DNA of 63,919 nucleotides, counting the filler, from Reticulomyxa filosa (lineage: Eukaryota; Protista; Foraminifera): NCBI GenBank assembly GCA_000512085.1. It is 25 parts of 25 records of this genome, joined end to end, with 100 filler letters (N's around TTAATTAATTAA, not from the genome) between each part and the next. Parts side by side here need not be neighbours in the genome. Positions count along the whole stretch, not along the records: positions 1 to 7,290 come from ASPP01027834.1; positions 7,391 to 9,520 come from ASPP01008861.1; positions 9,621 to 12,024 come from ASPP01042461.1; positions 12,125 to 13,874 come from ASPP01000831.1; 21 more parts are not named here. The stretch is one strand, 5' to 3'. Every line of letters starts with the position of its first letter. The first letter of the stretch is position 1. The translations under genes and the position numbers were made by a program. The notes under the pieces are model-generated. The model saw only the letters and a list, made by a program, of their open reading frames with translations, was not told the origin of the DNA and ran no database searches. This document shows positions 1 through 12,220 of this stretch, one piece after another.

Positions 1-9
1 TATATATAA

Positions 10-681
10 TTATATATATATTATATAACTGTTTTGATTAGAATACATAGCATGAGACATTTCTGGTGCATCACTATCAGATGAAGCACTTTGTAAATAA
101 TCATGGGTATGACGACGAAAATGAATATCGTGATCAACAATGTCAACGTGTTTATCAATGGAATCATCAATCATATTATGAGAAGCAGCAGAAGCCATAG
201 TAGACATATTAGTGATATTACCAATATTATTAACACCTCCAACATTATCAACATCTTGATAATCAGACATTTGTTGTAAAATAGTATTTAAAGCATCACT
301 ATTAGGAAATTTATCACGTAATGATGGAATTAAAGTAAATGCTTCATCTACACTACCAATTGATAAATTATTTAATAATGCTGATTCATAAGGTGTAAAT
401 TTTCCTGATTTTGATAATAAATCACTTGCCATATCCATATTTGATTGTGTTGGATATGTATTTAATTTTTTTACATATTCTAATGTTTTTTGAATCATTG
501 TATTTGATAAATTATTTTTACTTGAATTTGCTCCATCACTACCTGATAACACTGAGGTTTCACTTTGTTTTTCCAAATAATTCTCTAAAATAAAAGCTAC
601 TTCACTATTCCATAAAGGATGAGCATGAGCAAAATCTGATTGAAAACCCAAGGCTGCTGCTTCCACAAAGGATAAGGACAT
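10..681 (-). CDS. RPB4: RNA polymerase II subunit RPB4 (POLR2D) with a low-complexity C-terminal extension
   Basis: LWNSEVAFIL...KTLEYVKK...FTPYESALLNNL...VDEAFTLIPSL...LNTILQQM follows the Rpb4 HRDC pattern. The extreme 3' end runs into a TA repeat at the window edge. Confidence 0.85.
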   Translation of the reverse strand: MSLSFVEAAALGFQSDFAHAHPLWNSEVAFILENYLEKQSETSVLSGSDGANSSKNNLSNTMIQKTLEYVKKLNTYPTQSNMDMASDLLSKSGKFTPYESALLNNLSIGSVDEAFTLIPSLRDKFPNSDALNTILQQMSDYQDVDNVGGVNNIGNITNMSTMASAASHNMIDDSIDKHVDIVDHDIHFRRHTHDYLQSASSDSDAPEMSHAMYSNQNSYIIYI

Positions 682-1547
682 TTTAAAAGGTTTTTTTTAA
701 CCAAAAAAAAAACAAAAAAAGCAGTCTCCTTTTTATCCAAATTTATCCTAATCACTCAAAAGACAAAATTTATCAAAATATGAATAACATTATTTTCATA
801 GTTATCATATAATTCAATTGTACATTTTTAATGTAATTCTAAGTGATGTTTAATTAACAAAATTTTGCTTTCTTCAAAGAAAAAAAATGGTAACAGTCGA
901 GAATAAAATAACAAAGAACTAGTATTGAAAAATTAAAAGATTTTGATTTATTAGTGGAAATAAATTGTTTCTTTGCTTGTTTGACTTTCTTATTTAATTT
1001 GTTCATTTTATTGAAAATTTACTCGAAAGAGTGCCAACGTTGCGAATATATAATAGTTGAAGAGCATGTGAATATTAAAAAAACATAAAATAAAATGAAA
1101 GAATTAACATGTGACGGACTTTTTCAAATTTGTTTGATTCAAGAATTAATAGTGAATTAATTCCATTTTTATAATTTAATGTAGAGTTAAACATTATGTT
1201 ATCATTTGTGACAGTCTGGAAGTAATAATTGTTAGTCATATTATACATAAAACGAACGATTTCTTCGCTCTTTAGCTCTTCACTTTCAGTTCATGAGCTG
1301 CTTTCTGGGATTTACCATCGTTATTGTCGGAAGTGAAGATAAATCTAGCATGTTTTGGTTCCATTTTACAGTGGAAACATATTGGATTCAATTTTTCAAT
1401 TAAGACATTATTGCCCTTTGGCAAAGTTTGGCTTGAAACAGAGGCACCAAACAACGATGACAGACTTGATCTAAAAAAACAAGAAAAGGGCTGGTCTTAA
1501 ATCTTAAAGACGATATTTGTGTTTGTTTACTCCCATTTCAAATTCCA

Positions 1548-3428
1548 ATGTCTGCAGAGCCGAATGCAGTGATAGATGATACAAATGAAGTGAAAGTGAA
1601 TACCTCTTCAAAGGAAAATGACAAAGAAGAAAGCAAGGAGAAAGGAACAAAACAAAAGAAAAAAAGGAAGGAAAGGATAAAGACAAGGAAAAGTTATCAA
1701 AGAAATCCAAACACAAATCAAAGAAAAAAAAGTTCTCGCTCGCATAGTAGAAGTTCGAACTCGTCTTCGTCTTCGAGTGCAACAAGTGAGAGTTCAAAGC
1801 ATTCCTCCAAACACAAATCCAAAAAGAGTAAACACGAAGATTCGAAATCAAGGTAATGGTTTATTTATTGATTACAAAATTAATTTGGTACATTCTTTCT
1901 TTCTTTTTTTTTTTTTTGGATAATTACAGTTCCTCTTCCAGACGAAGCAGCTCTAGTTCCACAACCCCGAAAAAACGCACAAAAAAAATCCAAAAAAAAA
2001 AAAAAGTCTTCCCACCGACATTCGAAGCGCAAACACAGTGATTCTTCGGACTCGCATTCGAACAATTCCAGGAGTAGATCTCGCAGTAGGAAGGCCAATG
2101 GCCACCGTGGAAGCGGACATCTTGATACTTTTGCCCCACGGTATGAACTTCAATTAAACTTTTGCAACAAAAAAAAAAAAAGGAGAAATGCCGAAAAAAT
2201 TTTTACTGCTCAACTATTTTTAAACGATTGAAAAAAAAAAAAAACAAATGCAAAAAAAAGATCATTCATTGCAAAACAAAGAGAAACAATGAACTAACAC
2301 TGAAAACTTGTTTGAAACTGTAAAATCTTGTTCAAATCTCAAGAATAATAACGAACTGGGGAGGGGGAGAAGAAAAAGGGGGCAGGGCGAGAAAGGGGGA
2401 GACCAAAAAAATTTGGAAAAAAAAACAAGCTTGAAAATTGAAACTTAGTCTATTTAACTTTCAAGTTCAAAAAAAAGAAAATGAACTCGAACTTGTCCGA
2501 TTTCCATCATTGAAAAACAAAGTGCGTGATTTGAGAAACCAATCAACCAAACAAACAAAAAACATAAAACAACATTGTTTGAGTCCATTTTTATGACAAT
2601 GCTGCAAACATGATTTCTCTCCCCTCCTTCCCCTTTGCCTTTGTTTTGGCTTTTTTGATTCAATAGTGGTCGATGGGGACGTGATGGTGTGGAACGAGAG
2701 GTATGTATTTTTTTGTTTTTTTTAAAAAAAAAAGAATCATTGAAAAATAATAGAGTGGGGGGGGGGGAGCAAATCGATCAGTGCAAGGTCATCAAAACAC
2801 ACACAAAAAAGACTGAAACATATTACAAAAACACTTATTTGAATAGAATCCCATTCCAAGCAATGTGCTCGGTTGCTTTGGCCTTTCGCAAAATACTGAC
2901 GAACATATGATGAGAGAAACCTTCCAAAAATTTGGTCGGATAAATCAAGTCACGCTCATTATGGACAGAAAAGTTAGATTACATTCGCACTACTAATTTT
3001 TTTTTTTAACCTTTTTTTTAATCAATCTTGCTTCTTTTTTTTCCCCCTTCCTTCAATAGACTGGCGTTTCCAAGGGGTACGCGTTCATTTATTTTGAAAG
3101 TGAAAGTGAAGCTACGGCTGCGAAACGGGCTTGTGCTGGCATGGTAAGTCTATTTGTTTTTTTTCATTCAAAGATGCGAGAACGAGTGAAACGCATGTTC
3201 ATTTGAAATTCAATATTGCTGCAAAAACGGATATAGGTATTGGATGGTCGCAAGATACGAATTGACTACTCTTTGACAAACAGGCCGCATAGTCCGACAC
3301 CTGGGACTTACTTGGGCCAACGGACTTATGACAAATATCGACAGAAAAGCAGAAGTAGAAGCAGGAGAAAAGGATCACGAAGTCACTCACGGTCATATAG
3401 CAAGTCCCGCTCACGTTCAAATAAATAA
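1548..3428 (+). CDS. TRA2: Transformer-2-like SR/RRM splicing factor, about 6 exons
   Basis: Exons approx. 1548-1852, 1930-2140, 2667-2700, 2847-2972, 3060-3143 and 3238-3428. They splice to NPIPSNVLGCFGLS...TGVSKGYAFIYFES...[29 protein letters not shown], which is an RRM plus the Tra2-type linker flanked by RS repeats. One frameshift lies in the A-runs near 1981-2005 (probable sequencing error). Confidence 0.85.
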
Positions 3429-4000
3429 TTGGGACGTTCCGACATTTAAAAACAAACATGGAACGAACTCCAACAATTTCTTTTTTTCGTATCTTGGAAA
3501 TCGTTGTTTTTTTTTTTGTTAATCTAACATCAACTTTTCATATTTTGCAAGTTGATACTAAATGAACGGAATTTATTGTTTTTTCATACATAAAAACATT
3601 TGGTACGTGTTGTGAAATTTTTTTTGTAAGTTCAAGGTTACTCGCTTATGAATTTTATCACCAAAAGAGCTCAAGCAAATTTTAAAAGCATGATAGATTA
3701 GTATTCAAAAATTTGTTTTTCAAAGATTGAATTAATTGTGAAGGACCTATTTTTGTTTTCGAGTAATCTTGTCAGCAATTACAAGTAGCTTACGTCAACC
3801 AACAAAAATAAACTGAATTATTCTATCAGTAGATTGGTCTACTTTTATCTTATTGTCATCTTGTAGTAATGTTCTTTCTACGTCATAATGAATCCAATTT
3901 TTTCTCCCTCTTTTAATTCGATTTTAAACTATCTTCTCTTATTTTGAAAAACAATTTGCCTTCTTGTCCAGTTATCATGCAATCAGTTTAAACAAAATAA

Positions 4001-4700
4001 ATGACAAAAGAACGATTATTAATTTAAACATGACATTTTGAAGCGCTTCGAATTTTAAATATTAGGTTATACGGATTGTTGAATTTGATAATATTATCAT
4101 TAATTATGCTAGGTTATTTGTTTTTTCTTGGATTTGAATGAAATTGTTATTAAATATTACCATTAAAAATAAAGCTAGATATTTCAACTTATTAAGAATT
4201 TTATACAAACATGATCATGCAGTAAGAAATGCAGAATTTTCATCACATGGTCAAAGATTGTTTATTCAAATGATTGTGCAATTCAAAAATTTAAATTTGT
4301 TTTTCTAATTCAATGCCTATATTTGAAGAACATGTGGATGAAGTTTATGCTACAGAATTTCCAGTTAATGGACATACTGTTGTATCATGTTATACAGACA
4401 AGACGATATGATTATGGGATGCGCATAAACCAGGAAAAGAACGAAAGAAAATAGAAGGGTATGAAAATATTGTGAGAGAATTGAAATATTTTCCAGATAG
4501 TCAAACTATTGTATCTTGTTCTGATGATAATACCATACGATTGTGGGATGTGAAATACAGAGATTATAAGGACATCCTTTTTGGATATTAGATACTGAAG
4601 TTTCACCAAAGGTAATAGTTTTATCGAGTTTATTTGACAAGACAGTCCGAGTCTGGATAGAGCAAGCACGATTAATTGTATTTTTGTAAGGATTGATAAC
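4001..4700 (+). pseudogene. Degenerate WD40-repeat gene, tandem paralogue of the neighbouring gene
   Basis: Fragments RILNIRL..IVEFDNIIINY, ARYFNLLRILYKHDHAVRNAEFSSHGQ and LKYFPDSQTIVSCSDDNTIRLWDV, interrupted by frameshifts and deletions. Confidence 0.8.
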
Positions 4701-5125
4701 ATAAAACAAAACGTTTAGTCGATAACGCTCTTTGAATGTTATGATTTTTGAATAATCTTTTTAAAATGAAACTGTCCTATGAATAAAAATAAGCAATCCT
4801 TTCATTTGAATGGCCATGTTTAATAAAGATTAAATTTTAAAGTATAATCAATATAACGTATCAATCGTTTCATGTAGGTCAGGCACTGCTGGTTTTCCAC
4901 ATTTTTGCATTGTCTTTCTTTTTTTGATTATAGCAACGTTTCATTCCTTTGCGTCTTTTCCAACTATCAGTAGATGCTCTTTTTTGAGAAAGACAAAAAA
5001 TGTATGTTTGACGACGTCAAACACGGTGAAAAATGGGCCACACAGAACAAGTTCAAAAGTTTGAGTTTAAAATCATCCAATATTAATTTGTTTTTCTTTT
5101 TCTTCAAATAAAAAATAAGTAAAAA

Positions 5126-6281
5126 ATGAATATTGAAATTAGTGAAGAGAAAATAACATCGCCAGTGTTGGTAAGCTTTTGTTCGTCTATGAGCAGTCTA
5201 CTTGTTAGTAATCAAAAAGAAAAAACAGACATTGAAAGAAGTAAAAACTATTATTCAAAATTGGCTTCATATTTTGAATATTAAATTGGGATGGATTCAT
5301 AATTTTGACAAGCTTGTGGCCAATTATGTTAAGTTCCATTTTTTTTTAAACAAATTAAAAGTAGACACTTTACTTGATATTGATTAAAAATACCAGGCAA
5401 AGCATTTTCAATCCTTGAAAGTTGTACAAGAACACAAAGAAGCAATAAGGAGTGTAAGATTTTCACCAGACGGTCGCAAAATAGTGTCTTCATCGGATGA
5501 TCAAACAATTACGATATGGGACATCACTTTGGAAAAAACTATTCAAACATTCAAAGGGCATAAAGATTTGGTATTTGTTTCAGAATTTTCACCAGATGGA
5601 AATACCATTATTTCATGTTCACGCGATCATACAATTCGATTATGGGAAATAAAAACAGGAGCAGAGTTAAGAGAATTTGATGGACATTCTGATGTTGTGT
5701 TGGATGTAAATTTTTCTCCAAATGGCAAAAATATTGTATCAGGTTCAGAAGATAATACAATAAGATTGTGGGATACAGATACTGGAAAAGAAATACAAAA
5801 AATAGAAAGTCATTTTGACAGTGTAGAAAATGTACAGTATTCACCAAATGGGCAAATGATTGTATCGACATCTCATGATAATACAATGATTATATGGGAT
5901 ATAGCATCAGGAAAAAAACTAAGAGAATTAAAGGGATGTTCTGATCTTGTAATGCGTGCAAAATTTTCTCCAGATAGTAAATTTGTTGTATCTTGTTCAG
6001 TTGATAAAACAATTCGAATATGGGATGTAGAAACAGGAAAGGAAGTAAAAAAATTAGAAGGACATTCAAATGTCGTCAATGAAATAAAATATTTTCCAGA
6101 TGGTCAAACTATTCTATCTTGTTCAGATGATAAAACCATTCGATTATGGGATATAAAATCAGGAAATGAAATACAAAGACTGGAAAAACATACGGCGGAG
6201 GTGACAGGAATAGATATTACACCAAGTGGTGATGCCATTGTATCATGTTCTGGTGACGAATCAATCATAATCTGGGGATAA
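5126..6281 (+). CDS. WD40-repeat protein (7 repeats) with a family-specific N-terminal module
   Basis: Exons 5126-5170, 5229-5327 and 5397-6281 join in frame through GT..AG introns. Repeated GH..V..V.FSPDG..IVS.S.D.TIRLWD units. Confidence 0.92.
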
Positions 6282-7290
6282 AAAAATAATCATGCGCTTT
6301 AAAATGAATTTTTTTTGGAAAATTATATTTGCAGTAACATTAACACAACAATATGAAACATATTGAAATTAGAAATTGTGAATTGAATCTTTGCATTACC
6401 AAAAATAGCTCATAAAAGAATGCTATATTTTTTGTTTTAGATCGACATATCGATTATTTGAATAACAAACTGTGGCTAATTTATATTTTTATGCAAAATT
6501 CAATGGTCAAATAATCAAATGAGAAATTGTATCTATCTCTTTTTTGAATAATAATTAGTGTAAAGCTTTTTCTTCTTTCTCAAATCGAAAAAATCGCAAA
6601 TGGGTCAATTTTTTTTTATGCAAAAAAATTAGTGAATTCTTTCAAGTTGCAGATTTTTTCAGTAATAACTATCCGTTGTTCGACAATATGGTACTAATCA
6701 TACCCCTAAAGACTTTTGCGCATCTTCCAATTATTGAACAGTGCAAAAGATTAGTTATTTAATCCTGTTTTGTTAATCTTATACTATTTATGTTTGTTAC
6801 TTATGACAATAACAAGATGAGATAGTAGTAATGAAAAAATGGATATATTCTATAAAAACACAAAGTGAAAATACTTCAAATTTTTTTGTTCAAAAATCCT
6901 AAGTTTAAATAAAAAACATTGGTGTTATTTATTTAAAAAAATTAGTTATTGTTTCGAAAAATGTTGAAATGATTTCATTGATATACTGTGAGTTGTTTCT
7001 CAAGTAAAGAAGATTATTTGATTTTTCACATTATCAGATTGTCTACATGTCAGCTGTTTATCAAAACATTTCCAACTGTTTGATCATGGAAAATTCCACT
7101 TTTTCATGTTGCAGACAGCGTCAAATATAATGTATGTTTGATTTTTGTTTTTATGTTTTAACTTAAAAAAGTTTGTTATGTTACACACTTACACTTGTAG
7201 TTAAACATTGTCATATCTTCAAAAGATTTTCTATGTTTGTTTATATAATACAGTAGAATGCAAAATTAAAGTTAGACACCTAAAACGGCA

Positions 7291-7390
7291 NNNNNNNNNN
7301 NNNNNNNNNNNNNNNNNNNNNNNNNNNNNNNNNNTTAATTAATTAANNNNNNNNNNNNNNNNNNNNNNNNNNNNNNNNNNNNNNNNNNNN
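7291..7390. other. Artificial contig linker N44-TTAATTAATTAA-N44 (first of 24)
   Basis: Identical 100-nt spacer with stops in all six frames. Other copies start at 9521, 12025, 13875, 15268, 16826, 19527, 21646, 24565, 25776, 27099, 29069, 31641, 34579, 37236, 43243, 44480, 50438, 51614, 53271, 56304, 58624, 60580 and 62742. Confidence 0.98.
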
Positions 7391-7771
7391 AAACAAAAAA
7401 TATAGAAATAATGTACAAAAAAAAAAAAAAAAAAGAAACAAAATAACCTGGACGAAAAAGAAGAAGTTGATGACCCTCCAGATTTATTAATGCAGCTATC
7501 GCATTATGATAGTGAATCAGAAAACGAACAGGTACACGAAGAAGGAAATGAGACAGAGATAGAGCATGAGCAAGATGATAAGCACGAACCAAACTGGAGG
7601 AATTGGAACAAAAACACATACAAGAAATAAATGCATTGAAACAGCAATTCCAATCAGAATTAGAGCAAAAACTTGCCGAAAAAAAAGAAGAAGTTTTGTT
7701 TCTGTTGTTTTCATCACGTCAAAAAAACGAATATACAAATTTCTATATAAACACGTAAGCGAGTACGATGG

Positions 7772-8008
7772 ATGAAAGAAACTAAAGAAAAGTTGATGCA
7801 AGAAATGAAATTGAAAAGGTCTGACAGTGAAATAAGTTCGCATGAAATTAGTGTGTCCGGCTCGGCTGATTTGAAGAAACCGCTTCTAACAAACAAAAAC
7901 AAAGAGACAGAAGGCGGTTTTCGTTGTCTTGTGTATTATGCGGTCTTCGGTGTTGGTGAATCAAATTCACGGACATGTATAAAGTCAATCAAAAAGTGCG
8001 AAGAATAA
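7772..8008 (+). CDS. Probable last exon of an unknown protein
   Basis: Coding-like composition after an A-rich stretch; no recognisable domain. Confidence 0.3.
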   Translation: MKETKEKLMQEMKLKRSDSEISSHEISVSGSADLKKPLLTNKNKETEGGFRCLVYYAVFGVGESNSRTCIKSIKKCEE

Positions 8009-8310
8009 AGTAGAGAGGGAGATTTTTTTTGGTTTAATCACCCCCCTTTTTTTTTTTCTTAAATGTATTTTTGGGTGTAAGCACAAAAGTTTTTTTTCTT
8101 ATTTTTTTTTTTGTTTAAAATATATTTTTTTTTTCGAAAAACAAAACCTTTATTAGCATTTAAAAACCACATATCTCCTTGTTGCTTTTTGTGGTATGCA
8201 CATTTTATACATTTAAACTACTTTGAAGGACAGTTTAAGTCTGAACAAAATTGCAGGTAACATCCTAAACAAATAGAAAGTAGGAAAAAAGAAATAAAGA
8301 AAAAAAAAAT

Positions 8311-9504
8311 TCAATAAGTTTCAGACATAATTTTTTGTACCATTTGCTGTCGATTGACAAAGTGTTCGACCGGCAGCTCCAAAAGCAAATGAACAATTTT
8401 AGTTAACTTTTCAATTTGTTGACTTGTGGAGGTGGCCAAATGAATTTTGGAAACGATGCAACGTTTGAGCTCTCCACGTAACTGTTCAAGTTCAGCATCT
8501 TTGGACTTGAGTTTATCTTGCAAGTCCGAAATTTTTGCTTCAAGTTCATTTCTGTGGTTGCTTAAGGCACGACTGTGATTGTGGCTATGGCTCATGACTG
8601 CACTGTCGTGTTGTAAATCTTGGACTAATTGTTGTAAAGTGGAGCTGATATTGGTAGCACCACGAACATAAGGCTGTTGAATATCAATTTCAGCAACGTT
8701 ACTATCGCGTCGAGCGATGATTTGGTTGTTGGTCGTGCCTTTGACGTGAACGTGCAATTGATGCAAAGTTGATTCGGCAAGACTCCAATCGTATCCAGAG
8801 TTTTGAGAGCGAGGGGTCATCCCCTTGGAACTAAGTGAGCTCCCACTGCCTCTACTCTCATGAACAATGTCGGCGTCCCTTCGCAAACGTATGTTGGCAT
8901 CGACACGAGGCGCCATTGACACAAAAGTGGGCGAGCTAAAAGAATCGGAGCGCTCCGGAATATTAATTTTGATCCCATTCGCATTGACATCGGCATCGGC
9001 ATCAGTTTGTATGAGAACATCAAGGTGAGTTTGTATCTGAAGAAGAGGTTGTGTTTGCAATTGTCTTTTAGATTCTTCCTCCTCTTCCTCTTCCTCCTCC
9101 GTGTCATCGTCGTCATGCTCTTTGCCGTCTCGGCTATGTGGCTGCGAGCGCTTGCCCGGCTTAACGGTGACTGACGAAGGAGACAAAGAGATTGGACTGA
9201 GCGATTGGATTGCATTGACATCACGCGCTTCATTGGTATACAATTGGACATTCGACTCTCCGTCGTGTCGCTTTTCCAAATGGGACTGCGCGTGCGAGTG
9301 AGGTGGAATCGTTTGCATTGGCTCCAAAGTGTGACCATGAACTGTCGGCAATTGATGGAATGTATTCGCCAAAGATGATTCTTTGTCGGGTTTGAAATGG
9401 ATGCCGTCCGTCGCATTTTCCAAATGCAAATACATGTGTTTATCAATATCGTCGGGCTTGTCATTGTAAGCGGATGGTTGCATCTGTTCATCTATGAGAG
9501 ACAT
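8311..9504 (-). CDS. Hypothetical protein, disordered region plus C-terminal coiled coil (probably 5'-partial)
   Basis: 397-codon, GC-elevated ORF with a poly-Glu tract and heptads ELEAKISDLQDKLKSKDAELEQLRGELK. Confidence 0.7.
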   Translation of the reverse strand: MSLIDEQMQPSAYNDKPDDIDKHMYLHLENATDGIHFKPDKESSLANTFHQLPTVHGHTLEPMQTIPPHSHAQSHLEKRHDGESNVQLYTNEARDVNAIQSLSPISLSPSSVTVKPGKRSQPHSRDGKEHDDDDTEEEEEEEEESKRQLQTQPLLQIQTHLDVLIQTDADADVNANGIKINIPERSDSFSSPTFVSMAPRVDANIRLRRDADIVHESRGSGSSLSSKGMTPRSQNSGYDWSLAESTLHQLHVHVKGTTNNQIIARRDSNVAEIDIQQPYVRGATNISSTLQQLVQDLQHDSAVMSHSHNHSRALSNHRNELEAKISDLQDKLKSKDAELEQLRGELKRCIVSKIHLATSTSQQIEKLTKIVHLLLELPVEHFVNRQQMVQKIMSETY

Positions 9505-9620
9505 TGGAGTTGTTGTTGTTNNNNNNNNNNNNNNNNNNNNNNNNNNNNNNNNNNNNNNNNNNNNTTAATTAATTAANNNNNNNNNNNNNNNNNNNNNNNN
9601 NNNNNNNNNNNNNNNNNNNN

Positions 9621-10732
9621 GAAGTAAAGTATTAAATGACAATGATATTAATACTACTTTAATTAGAACAAATAAAAATCAAAGTATGACCAGTTCAATG
9701 ATGCATTTATGGCCATTTACAAAACAACAAATGTCTAATTACATTGAAAAATTTGCAAATATGAAATCTAAAAATAAAAAAAAAGATGAAAATAATGATT
9801 GAACAGCAAAACGATATGAAAAAACTCTACAAAATTATCCGAATTTACAAAAAATGGTTGAAGAACCATTTCTTCTTCAAATCATTTTAAGTGTATTGCC
9901 ATTATTAGTCAAAAAATATGGTGTAGGAAGTCGAATTTCAAAAGCACAAGTATATGAAGTATTCAATGATCAATTAATTGATATTAATATTCAAAATATA
10001 ATCACAAAATTATCAGAATTACGTATTCAAATGAATATTAACAAAATTAAGTCTATATTAAAACAATATTGTCTTGATTTAGGATTTGATATGTTTCAAC
10101 AAGGAAGTCAAATTGCAATTGAACCAGAGTTTCAATATCAAAATGATAACGACATTATCTGGAGTAAATTAGATCCTGAAATCGAAAATGAAAATAAAAC
10201 CAATATTATAGAAGAAAAAACAGAAACAGAAATGAAAACAATTAATACTACAGTTGCAAAAACACAAGATATTTGGGAAAAGTATTTCAATGGTGATAGT
10301 ATTGCAAAATATATATTGAGAAGAGTTGGTGATAATAAATATCAATTTTTACATAAATCATGTCAAGAATATTATGCAGCATAAAAAATTATATTTGATA
10401 TCATTTCATGGAAACCTAATGTTGCTAGTGATATCAATAGTCAACAATTTCAACAATTTGAAACGTATGCTCAACAATTTCTTATCAATAATAAATTATT
10501 AAATAAAGAAATGGGAATTATTCAATTCATTGCAGATAGAATTTATGATAACAATTTGATGTTCGTAAATTTAAAATCACGATTATTCCGACTTATTGAA
10601 TCGTCAAAAAATAAATGCATTTGGCAAGGTGGTTGCGCTGGTTTGTCATTAAAGGGAAGTACTTGGAAAGATGCAAAAGGTGTAACTTTTTTGCAGATGT
10701 CAGTTGTTGAACAGTATGGTGGAACATTTTGA
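9621..10732 (+). pseudogene. NACHT/STAND NTPase C-terminal part (HD1, winged helix) with two premature stops
   Basis: One continuous frame LWPFTKQQMSNYIEKF...EEPFLLQIILSVLP...YQFLHKSCQEYYAA, where FxHxSxQEYxAA is the NACHT winged-helix motif. Stops are TGA at 9800 and TAA at 10382. Confidence 0.75.
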
Positions 10733-12124
10733 GTTTTTAATTTTTTTTATGAAAGATAATTATTTTGTTATGTTGTATTTTTTTCTTTTTTTTTTACGTG
10801 AGTAAGTATCAATTTTTTGCTTGTATATTTGATTGGAAATTACTATATTGAGACAGACAGCTTTGTTTTTATTTTTATGCTGTTCAATTGGTAATTCTGT
10901 TACTTTTTTAAAACTCACTTTCAACGGTTTTCTCACACAAGAAAAATACACCTTTTTTTTTTTTATGTTTTTCAATTATTTGCTTTCAATTTGATCTTTA
11001 TCAATGTAAACCATAAGCAATAGCGAAAGAAACACTAAAAGTGAATATTTTTACACAATATGCAATTCCTTTAATTTTTTTTAATTTTTTCTTATGCGAT
11101 TCAGAATGCAAATATATATTCTAATTATTGTTTTGTAAAGCAAGTTGTAAACTTTTAAAGGAGAAACACACAAAGTTTTTCTGTCTTGTTGGTTTAAAAA
11201 AAGATGAAAAAGAGTGATAATGGAATATAGTAATAAAATTGTTTCAATAACATTGAGTATTCAATGTGTAATTCTTTTCATTTCAAAAATAATTTTGAAT
11301 TTTAATGGCAAGTGTTAATAATCAAGATTACTTGTTTCAAATTCAAAAGTCATTGAAGTAGGTTGAAGTAAATCTCTTAAGATGGTGCAACATTAATGTG
11401 CTTTATTTTTTTAATAAAAAAAATGACACAATACAATTCTATTTTGACTGGATTTAATAATATTAGTCATAAAAGATTTGCTCTTGTGACCAAAGTTTCA
11501 AATAAAAGCAACTGCATCTAATGAACAATCAAAACTTAAAAAATTATATGTGTTAGTGATGAATTTCTCCAAAATGAATTTTCTTCTATATTATTTATAG
11601 ATGAACCTATTGACAAATTTGTATCTAATGTTATTCTCCAACCATCTATTGTGATACTAATACATTTTTCTAATTCTAATAATATTTGATCTTCTTGTTC
11701 TGTTAATTCAAATGTGTTTTGTGTACAATCTTGTAAATCAATTACGTATCAACATATTCATTTAATAATTTATCAGGTGTATTCCATCTTCTATCAGCAC
11801 CTTTTACGATTTGTCTTCGTTGTTACATTTCCACCACCATATGTACTTGATCTCTCAACCTGTTGACATGTCCTTGTAAATATTGATACTACTCCTTTTA
11901 ATTTTACTGATACTGGATATCTTCTTTTTACAGCAATACGATTATTTTGTATTGCCCTTTGTGCAATTAAAGTATCTTTTTGAATACGAATACCTAATGA
12001 AGTTAATAACATATTTGTCACATANNNNNNNNNNNNNNNNNNNNNNNNNNNNNNNNNNNNNNNNNNNNTTAATTAATTAANNNNNNNNNNNNNNNNNNNN
12101 NNNNNNNNNNNNNNNNNNNNNNNN

Positions 12125-12156
<32 letters not shown>

Positions 12157-12220
12157 AGATAAAAAAAACAAAAAAAGGGGGTGTTTTTTTTTTTTTTTTT
12201 TTTTTTTAAGTTCAGCTCAC

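Noticed and set aside
9800-10384. Stop-codon reassignment (TAA=Gln, TGA=Trp)
   Set aside because: Intact genes end at TAA (6281, 20140, 47116) and TGA (36075), and long ORFs have no internal stops.
11400-12024. Minus-strand coding-like relic
   Set aside because: No family recognised and frames are broken; not supportable as a call.
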